From: an uncultured virus (IMG/VR IMGVR_UViG_3300011813_000035)
Taxonomy: Duplodnaviria > Heunggongvirae > Uroviricota > Caudoviricetes
Length of the DNA stretch: 64,000 nt
IMG/VR virus record: IMGVR_UViG_3300011813_000035
Coordinates: 1 to 64,000 of that record
Reading direction: 5' to 3' (one strand)
Shown: positions 60,661 through 64,000 of the stretch, piece after piece
How the letters are laid out: each line of letters opens with the position of its first letter
Numbering within the stretch: position 1 is the stretch's first letter
Made by a program: the position numbers and the translations under genes
The notes under the pieces: model-generated
Seen by the model: only the letters and a program-made list of their open reading frames with translations
Databases searched by the model: none
Told to the model about the DNA's origin: nothing

Positions 60661-60849
60661 ATGTTAGTATTTGTCTGTCAGTTACCACAAAAGTGGCAGA
60701 ACGAAATAGTAAGTAAGTGTCGAAAAGTATTTGAAACACTCGGAGACGCTATAGACACGGAAGAAGAAATTGAAAACGTGTTGAATTCCAAAGTAAAAGA
60801 CGTGTCTGCAATAGACGCTAGTCCTTATCTGAAATATTACAAACCTTGA
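60661..60849 (+). CDS. hypothetical early protein
   Basis: SD AAGGAGG. Confidence 0.65.
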   Translation: MLVFVCQLPQKWQNEIVSKCRKVFETLGDAIDTEEEIENVLNSKVKDVSAIDASPYLKYYKP

Positions 60850-60964
60850 ATATGATTATCTTGTTTAAATCTAGCCTTAACTCAAGTCTTACTCATAGAA
60901 CATCATGGGAGTGGGTGCAGTTCCCACAAGGGCTATTACAAATTTAATATAGGAGGATTTACAC

Positions 60965-61198
60965 ATGAATTCAATGAAAATTTATGCATCTAAGAAGGGA
61001 TTCAATGGGTTAATTTCATCAGCAGAAGCAAAGGCAAATAATGTTTCTATATACGGCTGTCATTTGGCAAGCATTGAAAAACTTATTCAGTCAATCGAAA
61101 CTGGCGGAGATGCTGAAGCTTTTGGTGGTACAGTTATTGAGTGTTCAGAAGGATTTTATGAATATGATTATGACAAACATTGTTATTGTCAAGCATAA
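60965..61198 (+). CDS. hypothetical early protein
   Basis: SD AGGAGG. Confidence 0.65.
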   Translation: MNSMKIYASKKGFNGLISSAEAKANNVSIYGCHLASIEKLIQSIETGGDAEAFGGTVIECSEGFYEYDYDKHCYCQA

Positions 61199-61517
61199 GC
61201 AACAATGGTCTATCAGGGGCGAGCCTGTAGCGTCAAAGCAAATAGACTAATCTAGCAAGCAGGTACTTGTTATCATATTTGAACAGACAGCACCTTGATA
61301 ATTGAATAGGTTTTGCGCTTTTGTTATGATAAAAGCCACGTTTACAAAACGGAGCATAATGAGAAATTGCAAAAGATATCCCAATTAAGTACAATAAACA
61401 AAGAGTGTAAAGCCTATTGAATTATTAAGGGCCTACACTCTTTTTAATTTGCCCTGATTCTGGTATAATGGCACATATAATAAGGAAGTAAGGCAAAATA
61501 AGGAGGTTTACACCAAA

Positions 61518-61724
61518 ATGATTATAAAGACTAATCAGGAGCTAATACAAGCTGTAAATCAAGCTATAAAGGACTCTGGTATAAAAAAAACAGTACTAGC
61601 ACAAAGAATAGGACTTTCTCGTCAAGGATTAGATAACCTATTGAAAAAGCAATCATTTTCCATCGATGATGCTAACCGCATTTTAGCCGTTATCAATTTA
61701 TCAGTATCGGCAGATATGAAATAA
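61518..61724 (+). CDS. HTH regulator
   Basis: 'GIKKTVLAQRIGLSRQGLDNLLKK' HTH. Confidence 0.8.
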   Translation: MIIKTNQELIQAVNQAIKDSGIKKTVLAQRIGLSRQGLDNLLKKQSFSIDDANRILAVINLSVSADMK

Positions 61725-61760
61725 AGCAATAAAAAAAGTTTCATAAACGCAATAAAATGC

Positions 61761-61789
61761 TTGACGTTTGTGCTTGAACATGATATACT
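61761..61789 (+). promoter_or_regulatory. strong sigma70 promoter
   Basis: TTGACG-N17-TATACT with TGn extension. Confidence 0.75.
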
Positions 61790-61884
61790 TAATATAAGTT
61801 AAAGGAAAGGAAACAACGGATCACGAGTTGTAAAAAAGGTTCATAACCTAACTTTCCAATTGCTCTAACAAAGAGTGTTGCAAT

Positions 61885-61958
61885 AAAAAAGTCCAGTAGC
61901 GACAACTACCAGACTTTCCCGGGAAATACTGAAATGTATCAATATTCACTCCTAGACA
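61885..61958 (-). ncRNA. putative small antisense RNA
   Basis: TTGACA-N18-TATACT promoter (61993-61964), then a terminator hairpin with T-tract ending at 61885. Confidence 0.55.
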
Positions 61959-62589
61959 GTTTGAGTATATCACATTTCTTTAATAGTTGTCAATCTGGCA
62001 ACGAAATTCCCAAAAACTTAGTTTCAAACAGAGAATTAAACATTGTAACAATTAATGAAACATCTGGCTGATGTGGCACAGATAGGCCGAAAGGCTATAG
62101 CGAACTTTGAAAATAGGATAAATCCGCAACGTATGAAATATGTACACGCTATACCGTAAAGGATAGTAGGAAGAAACCAGAAGACGTTAGGCAGGACGAT
62201 ACAAACCGCTCAAGACTATAAGCAAGACGGATGCAACTACTTATAGGGGCAGATAAAAAGCGGTATATAAATATATATGTGTAATATGGATTAGAGGCCG
62301 TAAGGTTTGCATCATATAGGAAGTAACACAGTTTTACCAGTTATACAATGCAAACGAAAATACACCATTGCAGCATATTGCAAAAGGATTTTAGGAAGTC
62401 GGGCAAAAGTGAAAGGTTTGTACCTGATTAGCAAGTAGTAGACAGAATCAAAATAGATATGCTTTCCCTGTCTGTGATACCGTATAAAAACAAGTTGTTT
62501 AAGTAGTGCGCAAGTATGAAATGACAGCTTGTTTTCTCGTTTGTATGAATATCTGATAAAGATATAAATTAATGTAGGAGGATAAAACA

Positions 62590-63480
62590 ATGATGAAAGA
62601 AACTGATTTGCTAGAAAACAAAGAGTTTAGAAAGAAATTAGTTGTTAAAGTGGAAGTGCTAGAAAAGGTCAAGGAGTTGCTTCTTATTCCTGGCACAGAA
62701 TTAGCAACAGCCAGACAAGTAGCTGATTATTATGAGGTTGAGGAGGATACAGTTAAAAAATTGATATTCCGAAACCTTGATGAACTAGAAGAGGACGGGC
62801 TTAAATCTTACACTGGAAAGGAAACGAGGGATTTTTTTGATAGAGACAATATGTCCCTTTCAAACTTACGGGGAGGTTTTGAAGTAAATGGTATACGGTT
62901 TAGTAATAGGGGGAACAAAGTTATCCCTCGTCGCGCAATTCTCCGCATTGGAATGTTGCTTAGAGATTCTGAGATAGCAAAGGAGATTAGGACTCAACTT
63001 CTTAATATAGAAGAAAAGGCAATTCCTAAAACTAAGATGGCCGACATTACAGAAGAACAAACCCTTGCTTTATCGGTTGGAATGGCATATGCAAGCGGTG
63101 ACCCTACGGCGATTATGTTAGCAACTACAAAAATGATGGACTATAAAAATCGTCATATTTCTAAACTGGAAGAATCTAAAAAAGCGCTTGCAAACGGTAT
63201 TCTTGAATGGGAAGATAGGAGCCGTATTAATTTTGCAGTCCGAAAGATGGCTGCTTTTGCAAATATTCCAGTTGGTCAGGCATGGAATGAACTTTACAAG
63301 CAACTAAAAAACGGCTTCCATATTGATTTACCAAGTAGAGGTAAAAAACCATGGGTGCAACACGTAAGTGAAAGCGAATGGCAATGCGTTGTCAAAACAT
63401 TTTCAGCACTATGCGAATATTACGAGTTGGAACCTAGTAATATGTTTCACGACTTAAAAATTGAAGAAGCAGAAGTTTAA
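62590..63480 (+). CDS. phage antirepressor-like DNA-binding protein
   Basis: 'TARQVADYYEV...RRAILRIGMLLRDSEIAKEIRTQLLN' motif. Confidence 0.7.
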   Translation: MMKETDLLENKEFRKKLVVKVEVLEKVKELLLIPGTELATARQVADYYEVEEDTVKKLIFRNLDELEEDGLKSYTGKETRDFFDRDNMSLSNLRGGFEVNGIRFSNRGNKVIPRRAILRIGMLLRDSEIAKEIRTQLLNIEEKAIPKTKMADITEEQTLALSVGMAYASGDPTAIMLATTKMMDYKNRHISKLEESKKALANGILEWEDRSRINFAVRKMAAFANIPVGQAWNELYKQLKNGFHIDLPSRGKKPWVQHVSESEWQCVVKTFSALCEYYELEPSNMFHDLKIEEAEV

Positions 63481-63547
63481 AATAAGGATTTGTAACGGTC
63501 AAATGTTGCAGATCCATTTTTGATTAAAAGCATAGGGGCATGACAAT

Positions 63548-63796
63548 ATGAAAGTAAACGTATATACGATAGGGAAAAAGCGGTTAATCGGCACATATGA
63601 CGCAAGAAACGCCTATGATTCAAGTTTTTACTTTCGGAATATGCCTACATTGTCAGCGAAGAAATGCAGAGAAATACTTGATACGGTTTCACCAAACTAT
63701 AAAATCAATTCTCAAACTTTGGTTTTTGAGAACATAGAGACGGGATACACGGGAGTACAGGAGGTTCACAGAGGCGGTACTATTCTTAACTTTTAA
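63548..63796 (+). CDS. hypothetical protein
   Basis: 82-aa ORF with SD. Confidence 0.55.
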   Translation: MKVNVYTIGKKRLIGTYDARNAYDSSFYFRNMPTLSAKKCREILDTVSPNYKINSQTLVFENIETGYTGVQEVHRGGTILNF

Positions 63797-63811
63797 ATGG
63801 AGGATATGGAA

Positions 63812-63988
63812 ATGAAGAAAATCAAATATGTAATTATCGTAACCGCACTTACTATGAGTGCTTTTTTATTTGGCAGATTCGGCAACAGAGACATTATTGA
63901 CATGAATCAGGTGGCAGATATCCAGGCAGATACAGACGGCGCACAGATTACACTTCTGGACGGTAACGGCTACTATTGGGAAAGGTAA
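63812..63988 (+). CDS. small secreted/membrane protein
   Basis: MKKIKYVIIVTALTMSAFLFG signal-like N-terminus after SD GGAGG. Confidence 0.55.
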   Translation: MKKIKYVIIVTALTMSAFLFGRFGNRDIIDMNQVADIQADTDGAQITLLDGNGYYWER

Positions 63989-64000
63989 CAAGGAAATATC

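Noticed and set aside
1..64000. CRISPR array or rRNA
   Set aside because: No regularly spaced repeats or rRNA-like sequence seen

Overview
AT-rich Firmicutes (probably Lachnospiraceae/Clostridiales) temperate siphophage or prophage segment of the SPbeta-like type. From 59.8 kb down to the window start, the minus strand carries a fused CapRel-like toxSAS gene, a Rep-like gene, a YonO-like single-subunit RNA polymerase, a degenerate tRNA, HU, a tyrosine recombinase, an M15 endolysin, terminase, portal, protease, capsid, neck and tail genes, a Lamassu-like defence pair, the tape measure gene and tail-tip genes. Beyond about 59.9 kb a plus-strand early/regulatory region begins, next to three perfect DnaA boxes. 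The main finding is that the tape measure gene is in three pieces joined by group I introns. Intron 1 (22673-23843) is canonical and carries an endonuclease ORF. Intron 2 has its ribozyme core at about 21350-21730, but its predicted 3' splice site is about 9 kb away (near 12661). Nested long-range base pairs link the two ends. The interval holds about 9 cargo genes on both strands, including tail-fibre genes, with their own promoters, SOS-like boxes and terminators, which points to a giant cargo-bearing or trans-splicing intron. All calls come from reading the sequence by eye; no database search or folding program was run.
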